From an uncultured Aliarcobacter sp. (GTDB taxonomy: Bacteria; Campylobacterota; Campylobacteria; Campylobacterales; Arcobacteraceae): a DNA stretch of 64,000 nucleotides. Positions 21,878 to 33,000 of the stretch are shown here, in pieces (the stretch's first letter is position 1; each line of letters opens with the position of its first letter). Below the pieces are notes generated by a model. The model did no database searches, was not told the DNA's origin, and saw nothing but the letters and a program-made list of their open reading frames with translations. A program made the translations under genes and the position numbers. The stretch spans positions 608,001 through 672,000 of the forward strand of contig CAXXLV010000001.1 of NCBI GenBank assembly GCA_963664305.2. Reading direction: 5' to 3'.

Positions 21878-23260
21878 ATGAAAGAGGAAAATGAGTTTCT
21901 AAAAAAAACTCCATTTAGAATTAGAAGATATTACGGTTATGTGATTGCAAGTGTTATTGCATTAAGTTTACCATTTATAAAAATTAATGGTAATCAAATT
22001 TTTTTATTATCTTTTGATAAAAAACAATTACATCTTTTAGGTACTGCATTTGATATGCAAGAATTATATTTAATGCCATTTTTATTAATGCTTTTATTTC
22101 TTGGTATTTTTGCAGTTACATCTTTAGGTGGTAGAGCTTGGTGTGGTTGGGCATGCCCACAAACTATATTTAGAGTTATTTATAGAGATTTAATTGAATC
22201 AAAACTTTTAGGTTTAAGAAGAATCAAAAATAAACAAAAAGAGCCAGATTGGTCAAAAGCAGAAAATAAAACTAAGAAAGTGATTGGTATCATTATCTGG
22301 GCATGTTTAGCTCTTATTGCTGCATCTGATTTTATGTGGTACTTTGTTCCTCCTGAAGATTTCTTCGCATATTTACAAAATCCTACTGAACATATGTTTT
22401 TAATTGGTTTTGTTTTATGTATAGCTGGATTTTTAGTTTATGACGTTGTTTTTCTTAAAGAAGATTTTTGTGTTTATATTTGTCCTTATTCAAGGGTTCA
22501 ATCTGTTTTATATGATAATGATACATATCAAGCGATTTACTCTACAAATAGAGGTGGTCAAATCTATAATGAAAATAAAGAAAAAATCATTTTTAAAGCA
22601 AAAGATTTACCGCAAGCTTCAAATGAGTGTACAACATGTGAATCATGTGTAACAGTATGTCCTACACATATTGATATTAGAAAAGGTTTACAACTTGAGT
22701 GTATCAACTGTTTAGAGTGTGTTGATGCATGTACTACAGTTATGGGTAAACTTGGAAAACCTTCTCTTGTTCAATGGTCAAGTACTAATGCAATCAAAAA
22801 TGATGTACCAACAAAAATGATTAGAAAATCAACTGTAATGTACTTTATTGCTTTAGTAGTAGTAATTGGTCTTTTATTTGTTATGGGTGGTGAAAAAGAG
22901 AATATGCTTTTAAATGTAAATAAAACTACTGAATTATATAAAGTAAAAGAGGATAAAGTTGTTGCAAATAATTTTGTATTACTTTTCCAAAATACAGAAT
23001 CAATTCCTTTAACTTACGTATTAGAAATTGTTGATAATCCTGATATTAAAATCACAAGATTTGAACCATTTACATTAAGCCCTGGAAAACTTGCTAAAAA
23101 AGTAGTTATTTTAGAAACTGACAAAATTTTAGTTAGTGATAATACAAAAGATACACCAATAACTATTACATTAAAAGCTTATGCTAAAGAAGACCCAGAA
23201 AAGGTAAAAGTATTTAGAAAAGCTGTATTTATCTATCCAAGATTAGATAAACTTCAATAA
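21878..23260 (+). CDS. ccoG: Cytochrome c oxidase accessory protein CcoG/FixG
   Basis: GRAWCGWACPQT, CVYICPY, CTTCESCVTVCP, ECINCLECVDAC. Confidence 0.95.
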   Translation: MKEENEFLKKTPFRIRRYYGYVIASVIALSLPFIKINGNQIFLLSFDKKQLHLLGTAFDMQELYLMPFLLMLLFLGIFAVTSLGGRAWCGWACPQTIFRVIYRDLIESKLLGLRRIKNKQKEPDWSKAENKTKKVIGIIIWACLALIAASDFMWYFVPPEDFFAYLQNPTEHMFLIGFVLCIAGFLVYDVVFLKEDFCVYICPYSRVQSVLYDNDTYQAIYSTNRGGQIYNENKEKIIFKAKDLPQASNECTTCESCVTVCPTHIDIRKGLQLECINCLECVDACTTVMGKLGKPSLVQWSSTNAIKNDVPTKMIRKSTVMYFIALVVVIGLLFVMGGEKENMLLNVNKTTELYKVKEDKVVANNFVLLFQNTESIPLTYVLEIVDNPDIKITRFEPFTLSPGKLAKKVVILETDKILVSDNTKDTPITITLKAYAKEDPEKVKVFRKAVFIYPRLDKLQ

Positions 23261-23266
23261 TCCTTT

Positions 23267-23293
23267 ATGAGATAAGATGACCTCTTATCTCAT
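23267..23293 (+). terminator. Hairpin after ccoG
   Basis: ATGAGATAAGA-TGACC-TCTTATCTCAT. Confidence 0.55.
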
Positions 23294-23371
23294 TCAATTA
23301 ACTTACTTATCAACAAAACTTAGATACAATCGCGATTATATATTTATTAACAATTTTATGGAGTAATTTTT

Positions 23372-24988
23372 ATGACAAAATTCATTTTTGTAACGGGTGG
23401 AGTACTTAGTTCATTAGGAAAAGGTATAACTTCTGCTTCTATTGCAACAATATTAAAACAATCAGGCTTTAAAGTAAGTATGCTTAAAATTGACCCGTAC
23501 TTAAATGTAGACCCAGGAACAATGAGTCCACTTGAGCACGGAGAAGTTTTTGTTACTGCTGATGGTGCTGAGACAGACTTAGATTTAGGAAACTATGAAA
23601 GATTTATTGATAAAACTCTAACAGCAAAAAACTCTTTTACAACTGGTCAAGTTTATCAAAGCGTAATTAAAAGAGAAAGAGAAGGTGGATATTTAGGTAA
23701 AACTATCCAAGTTATTCCTCATGTTGTTGATGAAATTAAAGAAAGAATTTATGCAGCTGCTGATGAAAATGATTTTTTAATCATTGAACTTGGTGGAACA
23801 GTTGGAGATATCGAAGGTTTACCATTTATGGAAGCTATTCGAGCAATAAGACACGAACAACCAAAAACAAATACAATGAATATTCATGTAAGTTTAGTTC
23901 CATATATTAGAGCTGCTGGTGAATTAAAAACAAAACCAACTCAACATTCTGTTCAAGAATTAAGAAGAATTGGTATTACTCCTCACATGTTAGTTTGTAG
24001 AACTGAAAAAGAATTACCAAAAAATTTAAAAGATAAATTAGCATTATCTTGTGATATTGATAGAAATGCTGTTATTGAAGCTGGAGATGCACAATCAATT
24101 TATCAAGTGCCACTTCATTTTATCAAAGAGGGAATTTTAAATCCTTTATCAGAACATTTTAATATTAAAATAAAACCAAATATGGAAAAATGGGATACTT
24201 TAGTAAAAAATATCTTAGTTCCTCAAGATGAAGTTACTATTGCATTTGTAGGTAAATATTTAGGTTTAAAAGAATCTTATAAATCATTAATTGAAGCATT
24301 AATCCATGCTGGAGCTCACTTAAATACAAAAGTTAATATTCACTGGTGTGATAGTGAAAGAATAGAAGATTCTGGTGTTTATGAAATAATAGGAAATGCT
24401 GATGGTATTTTAGTTGCTGGTGGTTTTGGACACAGAGGTGTTAAAGGAAAACTTGAAGCAATTAAATATGCAAGAGAAAATAAAATACCTTACTTAGGAA
24501 TTTGTTTAGGAATGCAACTTTCAATCATTGAATATGCAAGAAATGTTTTAGGTATTGAAGATGCAAACTCTATTGAATTTGATCCAGAAACAAAAAATCC
24601 ATTAATCTACTTAATAGATGAATTTATCGACCAAAGTGGAAATAAACAACTAAGAACTCATGAATCACCAATGGGTGGAACAATGAGATTAGGTGAGTAT
24701 CCATTTGAGCCATTAAAAGGTTCAAAATTACAAAAAGCATATGGAAATGATGAAGTATATTATGAAAGACATAGACATAGATATGAAGCAAATCCAAAAT
24801 ATAAAGAACAATTAGAAGCTGCTGGTATGATTATTTCAGGACAATCAAATGGACTAATTGAAGCAGTTGAAATAAAAGAACATCCTTGGTTTGTAGGAGT
24901 TCAATTCCATCCAGAATTTACTTCACACTTAGAAACACCAAATCCAATTATTTTAGAGTTTGTAACACAAGCAAATAAATCAAAATAA
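23372..24988 (+). CDS. pyrG: CTP synthase
   Basis: [40 protein letters not shown]. Confidence 0.98.
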   Translation: MTKFIFVTGGVLSSLGKGITSASIATILKQSGFKVSMLKIDPYLNVDPGTMSPLEHGEVFVTADGAETDLDLGNYERFIDKTLTAKNSFTTGQVYQSVIKREREGGYLGKTIQVIPHVVDEIKERIYAAADENDFLIIELGGTVGDIEGLPFMEAIRAIRHEQPKTNTMNIHVSLVPYIRAAGELKTKPTQHSVQELRRIGITPHMLVCRTEKELPKNLKDKLALSCDIDRNAVIEAGDAQSIYQVPLHFIKEGILNPLSEHFNIKIKPNMEKWDTLVKNILVPQDEVTIAFVGKYLGLKESYKSLIEALIHAGAHLNTKVNIHWCDSERIEDSGVYEIIGNADGILVAGGFGHRGVKGKLEAIKYARENKIPYLGICLGMQLSIIEYARNVLGIEDANSIEFDPETKNPLIYLIDEFIDQSGNKQLRTHESPMGGTMRLGEYPFEPLKGSKLQKAYGNDEVYYERHRHRYEANPKYKEQLEAAGMIISGQSNGLIEAVEIKEHPWFVGVQFHPEFTSHLETPNPIILEFVTQANKSK

Positions 24989-26553
24989 TGTCTAAAATAA
25001 CAAAGAATAGACTTTTTGAATTACTTTCTGCAAGGCATTTGAATAATCCTTATTCAAAACTTGCAGATATTCCAAGTCCTACAAATTTCAAAGATATTGA
25101 TATCGCTTGTAAAAGAATAAAAAAAGCTATTCTTGAAAAAGAAACCATCACAATAGTTGGTGATTATGATGTTGATGGTGTAATCTCAACTACAATTATG
25201 CTAGATTTTTTCAAAACTATCAATGTAAAAGTAAATCATATTATTCCAAATAGATTCGAGCATGGTTATGGATTATCTACAAAAATTGTTGATATGATTA
25301 ATGAAGGCTTAGTAATAACAGTTGATAATGGTATTTCAGCTTATGACGCCTCTTTAAAATTAAAAGAAAAAAATATAGATTTAATTATCACTGACCACCA
25401 CACTGTTGGCGATAAAATTCCTTATGCACTTGCAATTATCAACCCAAAACAAAAAGATTGTAATTTTGAATTCAAAGATATTTGTGGTGCACAAGTTGCT
25501 TGGTATTTATGTGCAGCCATAAAAAAAGAGATGAATTTAGATGTAAATATGGGCGACTACCTTGATTTACTTTGTGTTGCAATAATTGCTGATATTATGC
25601 CAATGACTACACTTAATTACACTATTGTAAAACAAGGTTTAAAAAAAATAAAATCATCATCAAGAGAAGCATTTAAAATATTAAATGAAATCATGTCAAA
25701 AAAGTCACTTGTATCAGATGATGTTGGATTCTTTATTGCACCAAAACTAAATAGTGCAGGAAGAATGGATGATGCAAGTATTGCATTGGAATTTTTATTA
25801 TCAGAAAATCCACAAAATGCAAATGAAACTCTCTCTTTGTTAGATGAACTAAATAATTATAGAAAAACTTTACAAGAAGAGATCTCTAGAAAAGCTGACT
25901 CTAAAACAAATAAAGATGATAATGCAGTTGTTGTTTGGGGAGAAAATTGGCATGAAGGTGTGATAGGAATTGTTGCTTCTAAACTATCTAATTCACATAA
26001 AAAACCAGCTTTCATCTTTTCAATTCATAATGGAATCGCAAAAGGTAGTGCAAGAGCAAATGCTGATGTAAATCTTTATGATTTAATCACAAAAGCTAGT
26101 CATTTGTTACTTGGTTATGGTGGACATAAAAATGCTGCTGGATTATCATTAAAAGAAGAGAATTTAGAAGAATTCAAATCAATTATAAATAAAGAGTTAG
26201 AAAATTATAAAGAAAACTTACATATCGAACCTATTACATTAGGTGAATTAGATGTTGCATCAGTTGATTTAGAATTTTTATCTATAATAGAACAATTTGA
26301 ACCTTATGGATTAGAAAATCATAGACCAATTTTTAAGATATCTAATACTTCTTTAATAAAATATGATTTAATTGGAAAAGATAAAAATCATTTAAAATTA
26401 ACTCTAAATAGTGATGGAGTGATTTTTGAAGCTTTAAAATTTAATGACTCAAATATTAATTTTTCTAAGAATTTTGATTTAATAGTTTCAATAGCAAAAA
26501 ATGAGTTTAGAGGAGAAGTTACTCCCCAATTTTTAATACAAGATATTTTATAA
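24988..26553 (+). CDS. recJ: ssDNA exonuclease RecJ
   Basis: GDYDVDG, TVDNG, TDHH, KGSAR, GGHKNAAG. Confidence 0.96.
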   Translation: MSKITKNRLFELLSARHLNNPYSKLADIPSPTNFKDIDIACKRIKKAILEKETITIVGDYDVDGVISTTIMLDFFKTINVKVNHIIPNRFEHGYGLSTKIVDMINEGLVITVDNGISAYDASLKLKEKNIDLIITDHHTVGDKIPYALAIINPKQKDCNFEFKDICGAQVAWYLCAAIKKEMNLDVNMGDYLDLLCVAIIADIMPMTTLNYTIVKQGLKKIKSSSREAFKILNEIMSKKSLVSDDVGFFIAPKLNSAGRMDDASIALEFLLSENPQNANETLSLLDELNNYRKTLQEEISRKADSKTNKDDNAVVVWGENWHEGVIGIVASKLSNSHKKPAFIFSIHNGIAKGSARANADVNLYDLITKASHLLLGYGGHKNAAGLSLKEENLEEFKSIINKELENYKENLHIEPITLGELDVASVDLEFLSIIEQFEPYGLENHRPIFKISNTSLIKYDLIGKDKNHLKLTLNSDGVIFEALKFNDSNINFSKNFDLIVSIAKNEFRGEVTPQFLIQDIL

Positions 26554-27150
26554 AACTAAAAAAGGTCTTTGAGCAGGTGGTGATGCTTTTTGATTAATGC
26601 CACCAGTGCTATTTCCTTCTAAACCTAAAATCTCATCATCAATATCTGTTCGTCCGTATGAAGAAGATAAAATATTTCCTGTTTGAATATCTATCAATCT
26701 AATAAATACATTTAAACTTCTAGATGAAATAGAGTATGTTCCAACAACTGCGTATTTAGATTTTACTTGATTTGTTACAATTCTATCTTTTTCTCTTGTT
26801 AATAGATTAAATCCTGATGGTCCGAATTCAAACTCTTTTCCTAGTTCAATCTCTTTTACAATAATATCAAGTGAAGATAGTTTATCTTTTAACATACTTG
26901 AAAGTAAGAAACCTAATTGTGATCTATTTTTTAATTTATCAAGATTTACAAAATCTGAAACTAAAACAACTTCTCCAACAGAAACATTCTTTTTGATTTT
27001 ATTAGCTGAATCATCAACCATTCCAGAAATCAATGAATGAAAATTTGTAGAACCACTTATTGGATTTTTATAAGCACAAGAGTTTAAAAAAAGTGTTAAG
27101 AAAATTGAAACAAAAAAAAGTTTCAAAATTCCTAATAATCTGTAAGACAT
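26548..27150 (-). CDS. FlgO-family outer-membrane lipoprotein
   Basis: Lipobox LNSC; VSDFVNLDKL...VVGTYS...IRLIDIQTGNILSS. Confidence 0.75.
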   Translation of the reverse strand: MSYRLLGILKLFFVSIFLTLFLNSCAYKNPISGSTNFHSLISGMVDDSANKIKKNVSVGEVVLVSDFVNLDKLKNRSQLGFLLSSMLKDKLSSLDIIVKEIELGKEFEFGPSGFNLLTREKDRIVTNQVKSKYAVVGTYSISSRSLNVFIRLIDIQTGNILSSSYGRTDIDDEILGLEGNSTGGINQKASPPAQRPFLVL

Positions 27151-27153
27151 ATA

Positions 27154-27819
27154 TTATCGCTCTTTAATAATTTTTACAGTTCTTGCAGGTGCACAATCAC
27201 CAAACATCATACAATCATTTACTAAACCATGATGATATGTTGATCTTGCACTTGAAATAATCTTACCAGTAATATTATCAATTACTCTTGCATTTAAAAT
27301 CACTCTACCATTTTGTCTTGAATAAGTTCCAACAACAATATATGTACTAAGTGCTTGATTTTTTATTTCGTGGGGTTTTCTCGAGATAAAATATTCACCT
27401 TGATCATTTATAGAAACAGCCATCTGTCCTCTATATTCGATGATATTAAAACCTTTATTTGATAACTCATTGATTAAACTTTCACCAATAATTCTACCAA
27501 ATTCTGATGTTTCTTTTAACTTATCTAATCTAACAAATGATGTAATAAGTACTGGTTTATTAGTATCAAGTTTTTTATTTTGAGCTATTTGAGTTGAAAG
27601 AGATGCGATTGTTGCTTCTAAAGAGTTTTGCTCTGTCACATTTTTTTGCATATCTTCAGCAACTTCTAAATGCTGTTTTGCTGTTTGTACTTTACTATAT
27701 TCTCTAATAACATCATCACTAACTGCAGTATTTGAAACTATCTTTTTATATGAACAACCTGACATAAAAAGCATTAGTAAAGTTGCTAAAATACTTATTC
27801 TAGAAACATTTTTAAACAT
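27154..27819 (-). CDS. FlgO-family outer-membrane lipoprotein
   Basis: Lipobox MSGC; ITSFVRLDKL, GRIIGESLINEL, GEYFISR, VVGTYS, LNARVID. Confidence 0.8.
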   Translation of the reverse strand: MFKNVSRISILATLLMLFMSGCSYKKIVSNTAVSDDVIREYSKVQTAKQHLEVAEDMQKNVTEQNSLEATIASLSTQIAQNKKLDTNKPVLITSFVRLDKLKETSEFGRIIGESLINELSNKGFNIIEYRGQMAVSINDQGEYFISRKPHEIKNQALSTYIVVGTYSRQNGRVILNARVIDNITGKIISSARSTYHHGLVNDCMMFGDCAPARTVKIIKER

Positions 27820-27974
27820 AAAAACCCCTTTTTATAATTGGTTAGATTTTATTTAAAGTTTGCTTATATATCCTTGAATAATCAGCTTTTTAAAAGCTTT
27901 AAAATTATTATTTCTTTACAATTTTAAATTTCTTTGTATATAATGTTTACAATAATTTAAAAAGAGGTAATTAA

Positions 27975-28520
27975 ATGGCAAAAATTATAGTTCCTATTTC
28001 AAATGGTTTTGAAGAAATTGAAGCAATTTCAATTATTGATATTTGTAGACGTGCAAATATTGAAGTTACAATAGCAGGTGTTGAAAATATTCAAACTATT
28101 GGAGCACATAATATAAAAATTGAAGCTGATTGTAAAATTGAAAATATAAATTCTGATGATTTTGATATGATAGTTTTACCAGGTGGTCTTCCAAATGCTT
28201 ATACTCTGGCAAAAGATAAAAATGTTCAAAAATTACTAAAAGAATTTAAAGATAAAGATAAACATATTGGAGCTATTTGTGCTGCACCATTTGCACTTCA
28301 TGAAGCTGGTGTTTTAAATGAAAATTATACTTGTTATCCTAGTTTTGAACAAAAAATAAGATTAAATGGTTACCATAAAAAAGATTCAATTGTAATTGAT
28401 AATAATATAATAACTTCAAGAGGTCCAGCAACAGCAATGATTTTTGCACTTGAAATTGTAAATATTCTTTGTGGAGAAGAGACTTATTTAAATGTAAAAA
28501 ATGGTTTATTATTAAATTAA
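27975..28520 (+). CDS. DJ-1/YajL/ThiJ family glyoxalase
   Basis: GFEEIEA, VLPGG, AICAAP, TSRGPATA. Confidence 0.93.
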   Translation: MAKIIVPISNGFEEIEAISIIDICRRANIEVTIAGVENIQTIGAHNIKIEADCKIENINSDDFDMIVLPGGLPNAYTLAKDKNVQKLLKEFKDKDKHIGAICAAPFALHEAGVLNENYTCYPSFEQKIRLNGYHKKDSIVIDNNIITSRGPATAMIFALEIVNILCGEETYLNVKNGLLLN

Positions 28521-28552
28521 GAAATCAAATTGTAATAAAAAAGATTTAAAAT
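28519..28552 (+). promoter_or_regulatory. Pho-box-like 11-bp tandem repeat plus -10 (TAAAAT); leaderless promoter candidate
   Basis: AAGAAAT-CAAA-TTGTAAT, then 10 nt, TAAAAT, 6 nt, ATG. Confidence 0.35.
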
Positions 28553-28558
28553 GCTTTT

Positions 28559-29308
28559 ATGAAATATAAAAGCATTTTTATCTCCGACATACACTTAGGA
28601 ACTCGTTTTTCTAAAGCAAAAGTTCTTCTAAATTTTTTTAAACATAATGAGTGTGAACACCTGATTTTAGTTGGTGATATCATAGATGGTTGGGCAATAA
28701 AAAGGAAGTTAATCTGGCCACAAGAACACTCAGATGTTATTCAAAAAATTCTCAAAAAAGCAAGAAAAGGTACAAAGATTACATTTATTACTGGTAACCA
28801 TGATGAATTTTTAAGACCCTTTGTCCCTTTAGTTTTAGGTAACTCTATAAATATCTCTAATGAACTTGAATATGAAAGTATAAATGGAAAAAAATACTAT
28901 ATCACTCACGGTGACTTTTTCGATTCAATTACAATGACAAAAAAATGGTTAGCAGTATTGGGTGATTATGGATATGATTTACTGCTTCATTTAAACTCTG
29001 TTTTGAACTTTTTTAGAAAAAAATTTGGTATAAATAAATATTGGTCTTTATCAAAATATGTTAAAGACAGCGTTAAATCCTCAGTTTCTTTTATCAATGA
29101 CTTTGAACAAGTATTATCAAGTCATGCAAAAAATAAAGGTTATGATGGTATTATTTGTGGACATATTCATAAAGCAGAAATAAGATATATCAATGAAATT
29201 GAATATCTAAATTGTGGTGATTGGGTTGAATCTTGTACTGCAATTGTTGAAACTTTTGATGGAGAATTTAAAATTATTGATTGGTTAGATAAACATGAAT
29301 CAAAATAA
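28559..29308 (+). CDS. Metallophosphoesterase, PlcP-type phospholipase C (LpxH-like superfamily)
   Basis: FISDIHLG, GDIIDGW, GNHDEFLR, HGD, ICGHIH, GDWVESCTA. Confidence 0.8.
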   Translation: MKYKSIFISDIHLGTRFSKAKVLLNFFKHNECEHLILVGDIIDGWAIKRKLIWPQEHSDVIQKILKKARKGTKITFITGNHDEFLRPFVPLVLGNSINISNELEYESINGKKYYITHGDFFDSITMTKKWLAVLGDYGYDLLLHLNSVLNFFRKKFGINKYWSLSKYVKDSVKSSVSFINDFEQVLSSHAKNKGYDGIICGHIHKAEIRYINEIEYLNCGDWVESCTAIVETFDGEFKIIDWLDKHESK

Positions 29309-30056
29309 TATTGCATTTGTTCTAGGTGGTGGAGCTGCACGTGGAGCCTTTCATTTAGGGGTATTAGATTTTTGTGAACAACATAATATTGATATAAAAG
29401 CTTATAGTGGTTCTTCAATTGGAGCAATTATAAGTGCTTCTCATGCAAGTGGAATAAGAGCAAAAGAACAGTTAAAAATTTTTGCATCAAAAGATATAAA
29501 ACAAACTCTAAAATTTAATTTTTTTAGAAATGGTTTATTAAAAATTGACTCTTCAAATAAAATCATCAAAGAACTACTTCCAATTGAAAGACTTGAAGAT
29601 ATTCCAAAACCAGTTTATGTTTGTGCTTATGATGTAAAAAAAAATCAACTTCACTATTTTAATAGTGGTGACACAATTATTTTATGTATGGCATCAAGTG
29701 CATTAATTCCTTTGTTTAAGCCAGTTACTTATGAAAATATGTATTTAATTGATGGTGGTTTATTTGACAATTTACCTATTAAACCATTAGAAAATAAAGG
29801 TTATGAAATACATACTTTAGATTTATTTGCAAAAAATATAGATAATCCAAAAAAAAGAATAAGTCCAATAAAAAATGCAAAAAAAATTTTATTTAAACAA
29901 CTACACACAAATCATAAATATACAATAGAAAATACTAACCATTATATAGGAACACACCACATAAAAGAGTTTTCACTTTTTACTTTTAAAGAGATGCAAG
30001 AGTGTTTTAATCTTGGACTTAAAGAGGCTCAAAAACATTTTTTAGATATACTATAA
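29295..30056 (+). CDS. Patatin-like phospholipase
   Basis: GGGAARG, GSSIG, DGG. Confidence 0.9.
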   Translation: MNQNNIAFVLGGGAARGAFHLGVLDFCEQHNIDIKAYSGSSIGAIISASHASGIRAKEQLKIFASKDIKQTLKFNFFRNGLLKIDSSNKIIKELLPIERLEDIPKPVYVCAYDVKKNQLHYFNSGDTIILCMASSALIPLFKPVTYENMYLIDGGLFDNLPIKPLENKGYEIHTLDLFAKNIDNPKKRISPIKNAKKILFKQLHTNHKYTIENTNHYIGTHHIKEFSLFTFKEMQECFNLGLKEAQKHFLDIL

Positions 30057-30080
30057 ATAAAAAATACAAAGATTTATATT

Positions 30081-33000
30081 ATGTCACAAATACCTCAATT
30101 TACCCATCTACATTTACATACAGAATTTTCATTACTTGATGGTGCAAATAAGATTAAACCTTTAGCTAAAAAAGTGAAAAAAATGGGAATGACAAGTGTT
30201 GCCATGACAGACCATGGAAACATGTTTGGAGCCATTGCTTTTTATAATGCTATGAGAGATGAAGGAATAAAACCAATTATTGGAATGGAAGCATACATTC
30301 ATAATAGTGATGATATTGGTGATAAAACGAATAGACAAAGATATCACTTATGTTTATATGCAAAAAATGAAGTTGGTTACAAAAATCTAATGTTTTTAAG
30401 CTCTCAAGCCTATATGCATGGTTTTTACTATTATCCAAGAATTAATAAAAAACTTTTACGTGAAAACTCTGAAGGTTTAGTTTGTAGTGCTGCTTGTTTA
30501 CAAGGTGAAGTAAACTGGCATCTAAACACGCAAAACGAAAGAAATGTAAAAAATGGTGCAAAAGGTTATGAAGAAGCAAAAAAAATTGCACTTGAATATA
30601 AAGAGATTTTTGGTGACGATTTTTATTTAGAAATCATGCGTCATGGAATTTCTGACCAACACTTTGTTGATGACCAGATTTTAAGAATCTCACAAGAAAC
30701 TGGAATAAAAGTTGTTGCCACAAATGATACACACTACTTAGAACAAAAAGATGCTGATGCACATGAAGCTTTTATGTGTATTGCAATGAATAAACTTTAT
30801 GATGACCCAAATAGATTAAGACATAGTGTTCATGAATTTTATTTAAAATCTCCAGAGCAAATTGCAAAACTTTATGCAGATATTCCTGAAGCTATTGAAG
30901 CTACTCAAGAAATAGCAGACAAGTGTAATCTAACTATAAAACTAGGAAATCCTACTCCTCCAAATTTTAAATTTACAAGACAAAAATCAGCGGAAGCTGG
31001 TTTAACACTACCTGAACCTGAACTTGAATATTCTCTTGAAAATGACAAAATTCTATTTATGCACGAATGCCGAATGGGATTAGAAGATAGATTAAAAATC
31101 GTTCCAGAGGAACGTCATCAAGAGTACAGAGATAGACTTGAAGTTGAAATAGAAATCATCAATAATATGAAATTCCCAGGATATATGCTTATCGTTTGGG
31201 ATTTCGTTATTGTTGCAAAAAGAATGGGAATTCCAGTTGGTCCAGGAAGGGGTTCAGCAGCAGGAAGTTTAGTTGCCTTTTCTTTAAAAATTACAGATAT
31301 TGACCCTATTCCTTATGGTTTACTTTTTGAGAGATTCCTAAATCCAGAAAGGGTATCAATGCCCGATATTGATATGGACTTCTGTCAAAGTAGAAGGGGA
31401 GAAATTATTGATTATGTTGTTCAACAATACGGCAGAGCAAACGTTGCTCAAATTATCACTTTTGGTAAGCTTTTAGCAAAAGGAGTTATTAGGGACGTTG
31501 CAAGAGTTCTTGATATGCCTTATGCAAAAGCAGATGCTATGGCAAAACTAATTCCAGATGAATTAGGAATAGATTTAAAGAACTCTTGGGAAAAAGAACC
31601 AAAAATAAAAGAACTTTGTGAAGCTGACCCACAAGCTGCAAGGGTTTGGGAATATGCTTTAGCACTTGAAGGATTAAATAGAAATGCAGGAACTCACGCA
31701 GCTGGAGTTGTTATTTCAAATGAACCTTTATGGAAAAAAACTCCACTTTTTAAGCCTAGTGGTTTGGATACTCTAGCAACTCAATATAATGGAAAATATG
31801 TAGAAGATGTTGACTTAATTAAATTCGACTTTTTAGGTTTAAAAACTCTAACTGTTATTGAAGAAGCAAATAAACTAATCGAACAACGTCACGGAAAACG
31901 TGTAAATTTCATCACAACAGATGTAAATGACAAAGGTGTTTATGACCTAATTCAAACAGGAAATACAATTGGATTATTCCAGATAGAGTCTGATGGTATG
32001 CAAGATTTATGTAAAAGATTAAAACCATCAAATTTTGAGGATGTTATTGCCGTTCTTGCACTTTATAGACCAGGTCCAATGGAATCAGGAATGCTTGATG
32101 ACTTTATTGATAGAAAACATGGACGTGCAGAAATTAATTACTTCTATGATGAGTTTGATGGTCCCTTAAGACCAATTCTTGAAACAACTTATGGAGTTAT
32201 TGTTTATCAAGAGCAAGTTATGCAGATTGTTCAATCTATTGGAGGTTTCTCACTTGGAGGAGCCGACTTAGTTAGACGGGCAATGGGTAAAAAAATCAAA
32301 GAAGAGATGGACAGACTTAAAGGTGAATTTGCAGAGGGAGGAGTAAAAAAAGGCTTTGTAAAAGAGCATTGTGAAGAACTATTTGACCTGATTGTAAAAT
32401 TTGCTGGATATGGATTTAATAAATCTCACTCAGCAGCCTATGCACTTGTTACATTTTATACTTCATATTTAAAATGCTATTATCCGGCAGAATTTATGGC
32501 TGCACTTCTTACACTTGAAAAAGATAATACTGACAAAGTTGTTAAATATGTTGATGAAGTTAAAAGACTTGGACTTGATTTATTTCCACCTGATATTAAT
32601 AAATCAGATTTAGTATTTAGTGCTAAAAAAATTGATGGAAAAGAAGTTGTTATGTTTGGAATGGGTGCCATCAAAGGTGCAGGAGATGTAGCAATAAAAT
32701 CTATTTTAAATGCCAGAAATGATGGTCCTTTTACTGATTTAGCTGATTTTATTTCAAGAATTGATGGAAGTAAAGTAAATAAAAGAGTTATTGAATCTCT
32801 AACAAAAGCTGGTGCTTTTGATAGTTTTGGATATTCAAGACGTGCACTTCTTGATCAAATTGAAAAAATAGTTGAAACAGTTGGAAAAGCAGCAACTGCA
32901 AAAAAAATGGTAACAGGTTCATTATTTGGTGATAGTGATGAATTAACAAAAATTGATATTAAACTTGAACATCTTCCTGAATTTGATGCAAAAGATATTC

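Noticed and set aside
28559..29308. Annotation as lpxH
   Set aside because: GNHD instead of GNRD, and the C-terminal GDWVESCTA fits PlcP-type enzymes better
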